A stretch of DNA of 64,000 bases, from contig JAYVOF010000038.1 in assembly GCA_043758105.1 (NCBI GenBank), positions 864 to 64,863 of the forward strand, read 5' to 3'. Of this stretch, positions 31,732 to 41,256 are shown one piece after another. This stretch comes from Rhodospirillales bacterium (lineage in GTDB: Bacteria > Pseudomonadota > Alphaproteobacteria > Acetobacterales > Acetobacteraceae). The position numbers and the translations under genes were made by a program. The first letter of the stretch is position 1. Each line of letters opens with the position of its first letter. Below the pieces are notes generated by a model. That model was not told the origin of the DNA and searched no databases. It worked only from the letters and a program-made list of their open reading frames with translations.

Positions 31732-32769
31732 ATGTCCGAATATTACAATCAGGCCAATCACGGCCCGTTCGAGGCCTTTGATCTGGGCGATTTCGCGCTC
31801 GCGGAGGGCACGACGCTCCGCGCCTGTCAGCTCGCCTACGCGACGCACGGCACGCTGAATGCCGCGAAGGACAATGCCATCCTGGTCACCTGCTGGTGGT
31901 CTGGCACGAGCAAGATCATGGAGCAGGTCTATGTCGCCGAGGGCCGCGCGCTCGACCCGTCCAAGTATTTCATCATCATCGTCAATCAGCTGGGCGGCGG
32001 GATTTCCACGTCGGCCAACAACACCGCCGCACCCGGCGGGGCCGCCCGGTTCCCGCATGTCCGCATCAGCGACGACGTGCGGGCGCAGCACCGGTTTTTG
32101 ACCGAGAAATTCGGCATCACCCAACTGGCGCTGGTGTTCGGCGGCTCGATGGGGGCGCAGCAGACCTATGAATGGGCGGTGCGCTACCCGGACATGGTGA
32201 AGCGCGCGGCACCGCTGGCGGGCACGGCGAAGGTGACCGACCATTCGCTGCTGTTCGGTGACACGCTGGCCGAGGCGATCCGGTCCGATCCGGGCTGGGC
32301 CGGCGGCTGGTATGCGTCCGAGGCGGAGGTGCATTTCGGGCTGCGCCGGGTGGCGGCGTTGATGGCGGTGACGGCGATGGCGCCCGCGTTCTTCAACACC
32401 GAGATGTGGCGCGGCATGGGTTTCTCCTCGGCCCGCGATTTCCGCACCAATTTCCTGGAGGGCTATTTCCTGCCGATGGACCCCAACGTCCTGCTGACCA
32501 CGCTCTGGAAATGGCAGCACGCGGACGTGACGCATGGCCGCGGCAGCCTGGCCGACGTGCTGGGCGGGATCAAGGCGGGGGTGATGGTGCTGCCGATCAG
32601 CTCCGACCGCATGTTCCCTCCGTCCGATTGCGCGAGGGAGCAGGCGATGATCCCGGGATCGGAAATGCGGGTGATCGAGAGCAAGAGCGGCCATCTCGGC
32701 CTATTCGCGCTGGACCCCGATTACAGCGAGCAGATCGACCGGGCGCTGAAGGACCTGCTCGCCCGCTAG
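31732..32769 (+). CDS. MetX-like (homoserine O-acetyltransferase family) alpha/beta hydrolase
   Basis: GGGAGGA lies 6 nt before ATG 31732. The protein has LAYATHGTLNAAKDNAILV and the nucleophile elbow FGGSMGAQQTYEW. It deviates from canonical MetX around the GGC-GT(T/S)GP block (here GGGISTSANN), so its function is not assigned. Confidence 0.6.
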   Translation: MSEYYNQANHGPFEAFDLGDFALAEGTTLRACQLAYATHGTLNAAKDNAILVTCWWSGTSKIMEQVYVAEGRALDPSKYFIIIVNQLGGGISTSANNTAAPGGAARFPHVRISDDVRAQHRFLTEKFGITQLALVFGGSMGAQQTYEWAVRYPDMVKRAAPLAGTAKVTDHSLLFGDTLAEAIRSDPGWAGGWYASEAEVHFGLRRVAALMAVTAMAPAFFNTEMWRGMGFSSARDFRTNFLEGYFLPMDPNVLLTTLWKWQHADVTHGRGSLADVLGGIKAGVMVLPISSDRMFPPSDCAREQAMIPGSEMRVIESKSGHLGLFALDPDYSEQIDRALKDLLAR

Positions 32770-32774
32770 TACCT

Positions 32775-32872
32775 CGCCATTGCGAGCCGCTTGGCGAAGC
32801 AATCCAGGGACAGCAAGCGCGCCTGTCGCCCCTGGATTGCTTCGCCGCCAAGCGGCGTCTCGCAATGACGGG
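32775..32872. repeat. family-2 long palindromic repeat (about 98 bp)
   Basis: CGCCATTGCGAGCCGCTTGGCGAAGCAATCCAGGG-(loop)-CCCCTGGATTGCTTCGCCGCCAAGCGGCGTCTCGCAATGACGGG. It fills the gap between the convergent MetX-like gene and ftsZ. Confidence 0.85.
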
Positions 32873-32877
32873 TCGTA

Positions 32878-34344
32878 CTACGAAGACTGCCGGCGGAGGA
32901 AGGCCGGGATGTCCAGCGCTTCGTCCTGGGAGATCGGGCGCGGCTGGTTTGGGGAGCGTTCGGGGAAGGACGGTTCGGCGCGGTGCGGCTCTTCATGGAC
33001 CAGCTGGGCCGGCTCCGCCTCCACGCGGCGGCCGCGGAAGCCGCCGGTCATGATGTTCAGCAGGCTGCGCCCGGCGGTCATCGGCGCCGTGGCGGGTCGG
33101 TCCGTCAATAACGCGCTGAGGCTCGGCTGCGGGGCCGGGCGGGGGGCGGAGACGGGACGTACGGGCGCATACTCGCCGGCCGCCATCTCGGCCGCGGCGG
33201 AGCCGGGGTGGGCGGGTGCGTATTCCGGCGCCGGGCGGGGCGTGAGCAACTGCGCCGGCACTGGTGCGGCTTGCTGTTGTGACGGGGTGAACACCGGCGG
33301 CGCCACCGGCGCGCTCACGGCCATCGTGGTCCCGCCGACCGCGACCAGCCGGGGCTTGGCTGCGTCCGCGACCGAAATATCGATCCCCGTGGCGACCACG
33401 CTCACCCGGATACGCCCGGACAAATTGTCATCGATGGAGGAGCCGAAGATGATGTTGGCGTCTTCCGCGACCTCCTCCCGGATGCGGTTCGCGGCCTGAT
33501 CGACCTCGAACAGCGTCATGTCCTCGCCGCCGGTGATGTTGATCAGCAGGCCGCGCGCACCCGCCATGCTGGTGTCCTCCAGCAGCGGATTGCTGATCGC
33601 GGCCTCGGCGGCGCGGATGGCGCGGTTCTCGCCCTCAGCCTCGCCGGTGCCCATCATCGCCTTGCCCATCTCCAGCATGACGGTGCGAATGTCGGCGAAG
33701 TCCAAATTCACCAGGCCCGGCGCGATCATGAGGTCGGTGACGCCGCGGACGCCCATATAGAGTACTTGGTCGGCCATCTTGAACGCCTCTTTCCAGCCCG
33801 TGCGCTCATTGGCGAGGCGGAACAGGTTCTGGTTCGGGATCACGATCAGCGTGTCCACGACCTGCTGCAACTCGTTGATGCCTGCCTCGGCCGCCTTGGT
33901 GCGGCGTTGGCCCTCGAAGGTGAAGGGCTTCGTGACCACACCTACCGTGAGGATACCGCGCTCCCTAGCCATCCGGGCGATGACGGGCGCCGCACCCGTG
34001 CCGGTGCCCCCGCCCATGCCGGCGGTGATGAACACCATGTGCGCGCCGTCCATGTGGCGCATCAGCTCATCGGCGGCCTCCTCCGCGGCGGCGCGTCCGA
34101 TTTCCGGCTTGGCGCCGGCTCCCAACCCTTGCGTCAAATGCGGCCCCAACTGCACCCGGCGGTCCGCCTTGCTGTGCTGCAGTTGCTGCGCGTCCGTGTT
34201 GGCGACCACGAAATCCACGCCCTGCAGATTGAGCGAGATCATGTTGTCCACGGCGTTGGTGCCGCCGCCGCCCACGCCGATCACGGTGATCCGCGGGGTG
34301 AAATCGGTGTGCATCTGCGGCGGGACGGTAAGGTTGAGGGTCAT
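32878..34344 (-). CDS. ftsZ: cell division GTPase FtsZ
   Basis: [10 protein letters not shown] and NTDAQ, the tubulin signature [10 protein letters not shown], a long Pro/Ala-rich linker and the conserved C-terminal peptide DIPAFLRRQ. Confidence 0.95.
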   Translation of the reverse strand: MTLNLTVPPQMHTDFTPRITVIGVGGGGTNAVDNMISLNLQGVDFVVANTDAQQLQHSKADRRVQLGPHLTQGLGAGAKPEIGRAAAEEAADELMRHMDGAHMVFITAGMGGGTGTGAAPVIARMARERGILTVGVVTKPFTFEGQRRTKAAEAGINELQQVVDTLIVIPNQNLFRLANERTGWKEAFKMADQVLYMGVRGVTDLMIAPGLVNLDFADIRTVMLEMGKAMMGTGEAEGENRAIRAAEAAISNPLLEDTSMAGARGLLINITGGEDMTLFEVDQAANRIREEVAEDANIIFGSSIDDNLSGRIRVSVVATGIDISVADAAKPRLVAVGGTTMAVSAPVAPPVFTPSQQQAAPVPAQLLTPRPAPEYAPAHPGSAAAEMAAGEYAPVRPVSAPRPAPQPSLSALLTDRPATAPMTAGRSLLNIMTGGFRGRRVEAEPAQLVHEEPHRAEPSFPERSPNQPRPISQDEALDIPAFLRRQSS

Positions 34345-34407
34345 AAAAGCCTCCCAAGGCGAAACGTTGAATGAGTGGTGCCAATCAAGGCGGAGTCGTG
34401 ACCAGTA

Positions 34408-35727
34408 CTAAACGCGGTCCCGCAGATAATTCGCGAGCCGTTTGAGCCAGCCGCCGGGTTGTTCGTCGGTCATGTCGATATCCGGGAGACTCCGCCCGGC
34501 CCCGGACGCCCACATCAGCAGGCCCGCCGCGGTGGCGAAGCCGGGTGTGGCGGAATGCTCCGGCAAGCCCCGCAGCGCCTGCGGCTTACCCAGACGCACC
34601 TGCCGGTCGAGGATCCGCCCGGCCATCTCCCGCGCGCCCACCAACTGACTGGCGCCGCCGGTCAGCACGACGCGGTTGCCGCTTTCCCGGGCCAGCCCGG
34701 CGCTATCCAGCCGGTCCCGCACCAGCTCGAACGTCTCCTCCAGCCGCGGACGGATCACCCCCACGATCTGACTGCGCGGCACCCGGCCGACATGGTGTTC
34801 TTCTTCGCCCACGAGCGGCAACGGCAGCATCTCCCGCTCATCGTCCGGGCTGCTTTCGGCGTTGCCGTATAAAGTTTTCAGCCTTTCCGCATGCGCCACC
34901 GGCGTGGACAGAATGCGCGCCAAATCGTTCGTCACATGCTGACCGCCGACCGGCAGATGCGCGGTGTGCAGCACGTGCCCCTCGCTGAACACCGCCATCC
35001 CCGTCGTGCCGCCGCCCATGTCGATGACGGTCGCACCCAGCATCCGCTCGTCTTCCACCAGCGTCGCCAACCCCGCCGCCATCGGCGCGCTCACCAGCTC
35101 CGACAGGCTCAGCTCGCAGCGTTCCAAGGTCAGCACGAGGTTGCGCAGCGCGGTCGAGCCCGCGTCCACCACATGGATGCGGGCCGAGAGCTGATCGCAA
35201 TGCAGGCCGCGCGGATCGCTGACGCCGGGCGTGTCATCGACGGCGAAGGCGAGCGGCAGGATATGGATCGTATCCCGCCCCTCCAACAGCGCCCGCTGCC
35301 GGCCCTCCAGCATCACCCGGCGCACATCCGCCTCCGTCACCGCGCGCCCACCCACCGGCCATTGCACGTTGAACAGCCGCGATTCCGGGTGGCCGCAGCT
35401 GAGGTTGACCACGACGCTGCGCAGGCGATGGTCCGCCATGCTCTCCGCGTCCCCCACCACCTTGCGGATAGCGCGTTCGGCCTCGTCCAAATCGGTGATG
35501 CCGCCGCCCCGCACGCCGCGGGATTGGTGCCAGCCATAGCCCAGCACCCGGATCTGCCCGTCATTATCGACGCGCCCGATCAGGCAGGTGATCTTGGTGC
35601 TGCCGATATCCAATACGCCGAACGGCCCCGCCCTTACGGGACGTGGGCGGGCCGGCGCTTCGGGCGGCGCGGGTGGCACGACACCGGTCTCGTTCATCAA
35701 ATTCCGGCGGCGGGTGATGTCGTTCAT
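34408..35727 (-). CDS. ftsA: cell division protein FtsA
   Basis: Actin-fold motifs VLDIGSTKITCLIG, VIDMGGGTT and VVLTGGASQL. It sits between ftsQ and ftsZ. The exact start (35727 or the downstream ATG) is uncertain. Confidence 0.9.
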   Translation of the reverse strand: MNDITRRRNLMNETGVVPPAPPEAPARPRPVRAGPFGVLDIGSTKITCLIGRVDNDGQIRVLGYGWHQSRGVRGGGITDLDEAERAIRKVVGDAESMADHRLRSVVVNLSCGHPESRLFNVQWPVGGRAVTEADVRRVMLEGRQRALLEGRDTIHILPLAFAVDDTPGVSDPRGLHCDQLSARIHVVDAGSTALRNLVLTLERCELSLSELVSAPMAAGLATLVEDERMLGATVIDMGGGTTGMAVFSEGHVLHTAHLPVGGQHVTNDLARILSTPVAHAERLKTLYGNAESSPDDEREMLPLPLVGEEEHHVGRVPRSQIVGVIRPRLEETFELVRDRLDSAGLARESGNRVVLTGGASQLVGAREMAGRILDRQVRLGKPQALRGLPEHSATPGFATAAGLLMWASGAGRSLPDIDMTDEQPGGWLKRLANYLRDRV

Positions 35728-35737
35728 CGGGCCCTCC

Positions 35738-36610
35738 TCACGTGGGTCGCTTTGGGGCGGGGGTGCGCGGCTCGCCGGGATGCACCACCAGCCGGTCCGG
35801 TGCGCGCAAATCGAGCGTCTGCAACGGACGGTCCAACACCGACTGCGCCGCCTGCAACTCCATCAACCGGTTCATGGCCGCCAGCTCGAACCCCTCCGGC
35901 AACAGCACGTCGGCACCGCTATTCAGCCGCAAATTCCACCGGCGTTCACCCACCCGCACGGCCGCCACGACGCGGGATTTGAGCGCCGGGAGGGTCGCCA
36001 GTTGGTCCAATAGCGCCGCCGCCGCCTCGGGCGCGCCGGGGCCCACCACCAGCGGCAAGAGACTGAACGCGGCGGCGTCCTTCACCGGATCCTGCTCCGC
36101 CACCGGCTGCCCGGCGCGGTCGATCAGCACGAAACGGCCCGCCGATTGCCAAACCGCGAACGGACGCCGCTCCACCAATTGCACCACCACCGTGCCCGGC
36201 AGCCGCCGCTCCACCGTCGCGTGCTGCACCCAGGTCAGCCGCTCGATCCGCGCCCGCGCGTCCTCGAGCGAGAACCCGAGCAACGGATCCCCGACGGCCA
36301 CGCCGAGTGCCGCGCGCAGCTGCCCCTCCGGCGTCATGGCGCGGCCCTCCACCTGAATATCGGTCACCATCATGTTGGTTGCGCGCCCGACCCGTTCGCG
36401 GAACGACGCCAAACCGCTGCCGGGCTGCACGCTGCGCATGAGGCTCACGCCTACGATCAGCACCATCGCGGCCGCGACGCTCCAGCCGATCGGACGCAGC
36501 GCCCGGCGGATGCGGCGGCGAAGGAATAACCACCGGCTCGGCCGCGGGTCGCGCACCGGCCGGATCGAGACGGGACGGCTTTGCGGCGCCCGTTCGTTCA
36601 TGCGCGACAT
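35738..36610 (-). CDS. ftsQ: cell division protein FtsQ
   Basis: A single N-terminal TM helix (WSVAAAMVLIVGVSL), POTRA-like VTDIQVEGRAMT and its position in the dcw order. Confidence 0.8.
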   Translation of the reverse strand: MSRMNERAPQSRPVSIRPVRDPRPSRWLFLRRRIRRALRPIGWSVAAAMVLIVGVSLMRSVQPGSGLASFRERVGRATNMMVTDIQVEGRAMTPEGQLRAALGVAVGDPLLGFSLEDARARIERLTWVQHATVERRLPGTVVVQLVERRPFAVWQSAGRFVLIDRAGQPVAEQDPVKDAAAFSLLPLVVGPGAPEAAAALLDQLATLPALKSRVVAAVRVGERRWNLRLNSGADVLLPEGFELAAMNRLMELQAAQSVLDRPLQTLDLRAPDRLVVHPGEPRTPAPKRPT

Positions 36611-37518
36611 GCGGCGTGCTCCACCATCCAGGCGCAGAGGGCCGGGAAATCGATCCCCACATGCGCGGCTTGTTCCGGCAACAGGCTGGTGGGCGTGAGG
36701 CCGGGCTGGGTGTTGACCTCCAGCAGCACGAGCCGCCCGGGCTCGCCGGCCGTGTCGTCATAGCGGAAATCCGCCCGCGACGCGCCGCGGCAGCCCAGTG
36801 CCCGGTGCGCCTGCAACGCCACGTCCATCGCCTGATCATAGGCCGTGCGATGCACCGCCGCCGGGACCACGTGATAGGACCCGCCCGCGGCATATTTGGC
36901 CTCGTAGTCATAGAACCCGGTGGCGGCCGCGATTTCCGTGACCGCCAGCGCCCGGTCGCCCATGACGGAGACGGTCAACTCGCGTCCAGGAACATATTCC
37001 TCTACCATGGCCGTGGGTCCAAACTTCCACCCCCGCGCGATCCCGGCCCGGCGGTTATCGCCGGCGCGCAGGATTTCGACACCGACGGACGAGCCCTCGG
37101 CCAGCGGCTTGATCACATACGGCAGCGGCACCGGGTCACCCGCCTCCAGCTCCGCCATGTCCACGACACGCCCCTTCGCCACCGGCAACCCGGCCGCCAC
37201 GAACACGGCCTTGGCGGCCTCCTTGTCCATGGCCATGGCGGAGGCGCGGATGCCGGAGTGGGTGTAGGGAATGCCGAGCCAGTCGAGCACGCCCTGAATG
37301 GTGCCGTCCTCGCCGAATTGGCCGTGCAGCGCATTGAATACGGCGTCGGGCTTGGGGTCCAGGGCGGCGATCACCGCGCCGAGGTCGTGCCCAACCAGCA
37401 CCGGCGTCACGTCAAACCCGGCCTGGCGCAGGGCGAGAATGACCTGCTTGCCGGAGGCGAGACTGACCTCCCGCTCGGCGGAGATGCCGCCATACAGGAC
37501 TGCCACGCGCCGGGTCAC
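36598..37518 (-). CDS. ddl: D-alanine--D-alanine ligase
   Basis: VAVLYGGISAEREVSLASG, HGQFGEDGTIQG, the ATP-grasp region and LLEVNTQPGLT. The preferred GTG start at 37516-37518 overlaps the murB stop (GTGA) and gives 306 aa. The longer track ORF (to 37602) would read through a repeat element. Confidence 0.85.
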   Translation of the reverse strand: MTRRVAVLYGGISAEREVSLASGKQVILALRQAGFDVTPVLVGHDLGAVIAALDPKPDAVFNALHGQFGEDGTIQGVLDWLGIPYTHSGIRASAMAMDKEAAKAVFVAAGLPVAKGRVVDMAELEAGDPVPLPYVIKPLAEGSSVGVEILRAGDNRRAGIARGWKFGPTAMVEEYVPGRELTVSVMGDRALAVTEIAAATGFYDYEAKYAAGGSYHVVPAAVHRTAYDQAMDVALQAHRALGCRGASRADFRYDDTAGEPGRLVLLEVNTQPGLTPTSLLPEQAAHVGIDFPALCAWMVEHAACRA

Positions 37519-38570
37519 GATGCGACGCCCCCTCTCCCGCTGGCGGGAGAGGGTTGGGGTGAGGGTGGAGTGACACGCGCTGAACCCGGCGTTGGATGGC
37601 ACCCGTTGTAACCACCCTCACCCCGGCCTTCTCCCGCAAGCGGGAGAGGGGGAAGGGAAGGCCGGCCGATCCGCTTTATTTCCCATTCCAGCGTCACACC
37701 GGATGCGGCGAAGACGCGCCGCCGCAGCTCTTCGCCCAGACCTTCGATATCCGCCGCGGTCGCGCCGCCGGTGTTGAGCAGGAAATTACAGTGCTTCTCG
37801 CTCACCTGCGCGCCGCCGCGGACCAAGCCGCGCCCTCCGGCACCATCGATCAGCTCCCACGCTTTCATGCCCGGCGGATTGCGGAACGTACTGCCGCCGG
37901 TCCTCGCGCGGACGGGCTGGGTCTCTTCGCGGCTGCTGCGGATCTGCGCCATGCGGGCGGCGATGCTGGCGGCGTCGCCCGGGCGGGCGCGAAAGCGGGC
38001 GCGCACCACCACGGCCCCGGACGGCAGGCTCGCGTGGCGGTAGGCGAACGCTAGACCCGCGGCTGCCAAGCGTATGGATTGTCCGTCCCGTGTCACGAAC
38101 TCCGCCCAATCCAGGCAGGACGCCACGTCGCCGCCATAGGCCCCGGCATTCATCGCCACCGCGCCGCCGATCATCCCGGGAATGCCGGATAGGAATTCCA
38201 ACCCAGATAACCCGGCGGCGGCGGCGTGCTCGGCCACCGTCGCGTCCAGGCAGGCAGCGCCCGTGACCACGCCGTCCGTCTCGATCTTGACCTCGTTGAA
38301 CCCGCGCGCCAGGCGCAGCACCACGCCATGCACACCGCCATCCCGCACGATGACGTTGCTGGCCGCGCCCAATACCTGAACCGGCACGTCATGCGGCAGC
38401 GCGCCCAGGAATGCCGCCAAATCCGTGGGTGACGAGGGCCGCACCAGCGCCTCCGCCGGGCCGCCGACGCGGAACCAGGTGAACGGGGCCAGCGGCGCAT
38501 CCGCCTGCACCCGGCCCTGCAGCGGCGGCAGCCGGTCTACCAAATGCGATGGCGCGCGCGCGGGCATCAT
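37515..38570 (-). CDS. murB: UDP-N-acetylenolpyruvoylglucosamine reductase, with a repeat-derived C-terminal extension
   Basis: [16 protein letters not shown], the FAD-binding region, GSTFRNP and LEWEIKRIG. The ATG ATG start overlaps the murC stop (ATGA). About 47 further codons ([18 protein letters not shown]...[17 protein letters not shown]) run through two palindromic repeats before the stop at 37515. Confidence 0.85.
   Translation of the reverse strand: MMPARAPSHLVDRLPPLQGRVQADAPLAPFTWFRVGGPAEALVRPSSPTDLAAFLGALPHDVPVQVLGAASNVIVRDGGVHGVVLRLARGFNEVKIETDGVVTGAACLDATVAEHAAAAGLSGLEFLSGIPGMIGGAVAMNAGAYGGDVASCLDWAEFVTRDGQSIRLAAAGLAFAYRHASLPSGAVVVRARFRARPGDAASIAARMAQIRSSREETQPVRARTGGSTFRNPPGMKAWELIDGAGGRGLVRGGAQVSEKHCNFLLNTGGATAADIEGLGEELRRRVFAASGVTLEWEIKRIGRPSLPPLPLAGEGRGEGGYNGCHPTPGSARVTPPSPQPSPASGRGGVAS
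37527..37565 (+). repeat. family-1 palindromic repeat, forward copy of a pair
   Basis: GCCCCCTCTCCCGCTGGCGGGAGAGGGTTGGGGTGAGGG lies inside the 3' end of the murB ORF. Confidence 0.85.
37615..37657 (-). repeat. family-1 palindromic repeat, reverse copy of a pair
   Basis: CCCTCACCCCGGCCTTCTCCCGCAAGCGGGAGAGGGGGAAGGG lies inside the 3' end of the murB ORF. Confidence 0.85.
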
Positions 38571-39994
38571 CCGGCGCGCCTGGTGCCAGTTTGCAGCGCG
38601 GTCAGCTCCGCGGGGAGCGAGGCCGCCCATTGCGTGATGGTGCCGGCGCCGAGGCAGATCACGAAATCACCGGGCTTGGCGATGGCGTGGACCATTTCCG
38701 CCAGGTGTTCGGGGCCGGGCAGGGGCACCACGCTGCGGTGGCCGCGGGCGCGGAGGCCATCCACCAGGCTGTCCCGGGAGAAACCGGGGGTGGGCGCCTC
38801 GCCCGCGGCATAGACGTCGGCCACGATCACGGTGCCGGCGTCATTCATGCAGGCGCAGAACTCGGGGAACAGCGATTGCAGGCGCGAATACCGATGCGGC
38901 TGCACGATGGCGACCACGTCCCGCGCCCCAGCCTGGCGCGCGGCCTTCAGCACGGCGGCGATTTCGACCGGGTGGTGGCCGTAATCATCGATGATGGTGA
39001 TGCCGCCGGCCTCACCGGTCTTGGTGAAGCGGCGCTTGACGCCCTTGAAGCCCGCCAGCGCGCTGCGGATCGCGTCATCCTTCACGTCCATTTCCACGGC
39101 GACCGCGATGGCGGCCAGCGCGTTCTGCACGTTGTGCGCGCCCAGCATCGGCAGGCGGAACGGGCCCATGCGGCGGGGCAGTTTGTGGCTGCGGTTGGTG
39201 ACCACCACCTCGAACGTGGCGCCGAGCCGGTCCATCACCAGCCGGTCCGCCCTGACGTCCGCCTGGGGCGAGAAGCCGTAGGTGATGATGCGGTGATCGG
39301 ACAGCCGGGGAATCATCTCCTGCACCGTCGGATGGTCGATGCACAGCACCGCAAAGCCATAGAACGGCACGTTGGCCACGAACTGGTCGTAGCCGGCGAT
39401 CATGGCCTCCGCACTGCCCCAATGGTCCAGGTGCTCCGAGTCCATGTTGGTGACGATGGCGATGGTGGCCGGCAGACGCAGGAAGCTGCCGTCACTCTCA
39501 TCCGCCTCCACCACCATCCACTCGCCTTCACCCAGGCGCGTGTTGCTGCCATAGGCGTTGATGATGCCGCCGTTGATGACGGTGGGGTCCATACCCGCCC
39601 CCTCCAGCACGCAGGCGACGAGGCTGGTGGTGGTGGTCTTGCCGTGGGTGCCGCCGACGGCGATCGACCAGCGGAGCCGCATGAGTTCGGCCAGCATCTC
39701 CGCCCGGCGCACCACGGGGATCAGGCGCGCACGGGCGGCGACCACCTCCGGATTGTCCCGCTTCACGGCGGTGCTGGTGACCAGGACCTGAGCGTTGGCG
39801 ACGTTCGCCGCGTCATGGCCGATGGCGACCGGGATGCCCTGGTCCTTCAGCCGGCGCACGTTGGCGCTGTCGGCGATGTCGCTACCCTGCACGGCGTAGC
39901 CCAGCGTATGCAGCACCTCCGCGATGCCCGACATGCCGATGCCGCCGATGCCGACGAAATGGATCGTGCCGATCCCGAGTGGCAGCGCCCTCAT
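38567..39994 (-). CDS. murC: UDP-N-acetylmuramate--L-alanine ligase
   Basis: [27 protein letters not shown] and the Mur ligase middle and C-terminal domains. ATGA overlap with the murG stop. Confidence 0.9.
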   Translation of the reverse strand: MRALPLGIGTIHFVGIGGIGMSGIAEVLHTLGYAVQGSDIADSANVRRLKDQGIPVAIGHDAANVANAQVLVTSTAVKRDNPEVVAARARLIPVVRRAEMLAELMRLRWSIAVGGTHGKTTTTSLVACVLEGAGMDPTVINGGIINAYGSNTRLGEGEWMVVEADESDGSFLRLPATIAIVTNMDSEHLDHWGSAEAMIAGYDQFVANVPFYGFAVLCIDHPTVQEMIPRLSDHRIITYGFSPQADVRADRLVMDRLGATFEVVVTNRSHKLPRRMGPFRLPMLGAHNVQNALAAIAVAVEMDVKDDAIRSALAGFKGVKRRFTKTGEAGGITIIDDYGHHPVEIAAVLKAARQAGARDVVAIVQPHRYSRLQSLFPEFCACMNDAGTVIVADVYAAGEAPTPGFSRDSLVDGLRARGHRSVVPLPGPEHLAEMVHAIAKPGDFVICLGAGTITQWAASLPAELTALQTGTRRAG

Positions 39995-41256
39995 GGGTGG
40001 TTTCCTACGTAGGTTTCAACAAGATCGGCGAGTCGTGACGCCGCATCGGGACGCCCGCGCGCGGCGATAATGTGGGCCAGGGCGGCCAGCCGGTCCGGGT
40101 CATCGAGGATCGCCAACTGCGCCGCCAGTGCTGCCGGCGTAAACGCATCCTGCTCCATGACCAAGGCCCCGCAGGCCCGCGCGTTGAACAGCTGATGTCC
40201 ATCGATCGCTCCCGGTAAGGGCACCAATAGGGCGGGCCGCCCCATGACCCCCAACTCCGCCACCGTGCTGGCCCCGGCCCGCGCAATCACGAAATCCGCC
40301 GACGCCAGCCGCGCCGCCATGTCCGGAAAGAACGCCGCCAGCTCCGCCGCCACGCCCAACGCCGCATACGCCGCCCGCACCCGCTCCAAATCCTCACTCC
40401 GGCACTGCTGCACCACCGACAACCGCGCCCGCATCTCCGTCGGCAACAACCCCACGGCCGCCGGCACGACATCACTCAAAACCCGGGCCCCCAAACTCCC
40501 ACCCGTAACAAGCAGAGAAAAAGCGCCCCCTCTCCCTCCGGGAGAGGGTTGGGGTGAGGGAAACGACAAGGACGAAATTTCGCGAATCTCAGCCCGAACC
40601 GGATTCCCCACCACCACAGAGGGCATAGCCGGCAACCCTCGCGTCCCCTCCATTCCCAGCGCCAGCCGGTCGGCAAACCGCGCCAGCGCCCGGTTTGCCC
40701 GGCCCAACACCGCGTTCTGCTCATGCAATACCACCACCGGCTTTACCCGCATCATCTGCGCCGCCAGCACCGGTGCCACACAGGGATAGCCGCCGAAGCC
40801 GACGATCACCGCCGGCTGCAACCGATTAAGGATTTTCCGGGCCTGCACCGTTCCCGCCGCCAGAGCCCACGCCGCGCCCACGGCCTTCACGCCCCGCCCG
40901 GCCAGGCCCGCGCCCCGCAGCACGAACAGCTCTTGCCCGGCAAATACCGCCGACCGCAGCCCGCCGCTCCGTGCATCCGTCATCAGCGCGACCCGGTGGC
41001 CACGTCCGATCAGCTCCGCGGCCAATGCCTCGGCCGGAAAGAAATGCCCGCCAGTACCGCCGGCAGCAATCACGATCGAACGGGAGTATGCAGCACCGCC
41101 CCCTCTCCCTCCGGGAGAGGGTTGGGGTGAGGGAGGCGACGTGGACTGGCGATCGCCGGGCTGAGGCTGGCTAGCGTTTACCGGCGCGGAGCTTGCGCGT
41201 GTGATTTCCCTCACCCCGGCCCGGAGGGAGAGGGGGAAGGGATTTTCTTGTCTCAT
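39991..41256 (-). CDS. murG: undecaprenyldiphospho-muramoylpentapeptide beta-N-acetylglucosaminyltransferase
   Basis: [27 protein letters not shown] and TGGSLGA. ATG 41254-41256 overlaps the ftsW stop (ATGA) but adds about 60 aa read through two repeats. An alternative GTG at 41071-41073 gives a canonical short N-terminus. An internal repeat copy lies in the interdomain linker. Confidence 0.85.
   Translation of the reverse strand: MRQENPFPLSLRAGVREITRASSAPVNASQPQPGDRQSTSPPSPQPSPGGRGGGAAYSRSIVIAAGGTGGHFFPAEALAAELIGRGHRVALMTDARSGGLRSAVFAGQELFVLRGAGLAGRGVKAVGAAWALAAGTVQARKILNRLQPAVIVGFGGYPCVAPVLAAQMMRVKPVVVLHEQNAVLGRANRALARFADRLALGMEGTRGLPAMPSVVVGNPVRAEIREISSLSFPSPQPSPGGRGGAFSLLVTGGSLGARVLSDVVPAAVGLLPTEMRARLSVVQQCRSEDLERVRAAYAALGVAAELAAFFPDMAARLASADFVIARAGASTVAELGVMGRPALLVPLPGAIDGHQLFNARACGALVMEQDAFTPAALAAQLAILDDPDRLAALAHIIAARGRPDAASRLADLVETYVGNHP
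40524..40561 (+). repeat. family-1 palindromic repeat, solo copy inside murG coding sequence
   Basis: CGCCCCCTCTCCCTCCGGGAGAGGGTTGGGGTGAGGGA is identical by hand alignment over about 38 nt to the copy at 41097-41134. It is translated as [14 protein letters not shown] in MurG. Confidence 0.9.
41097..41134 (+). repeat. family-1 palindromic repeat, forward copy of a pair
   Basis: The same 38-mer as at 40524-40561, located between the ftsW stop and the conserved MurG N-terminus. Confidence 0.9.
41208..41241 (-). repeat. family-1 palindromic repeat, reverse copy (internally shortened)
   Basis: CCCTCACCCCGGCCCGGAGGGAGAGGGGGAAGGG. Confidence 0.75.
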
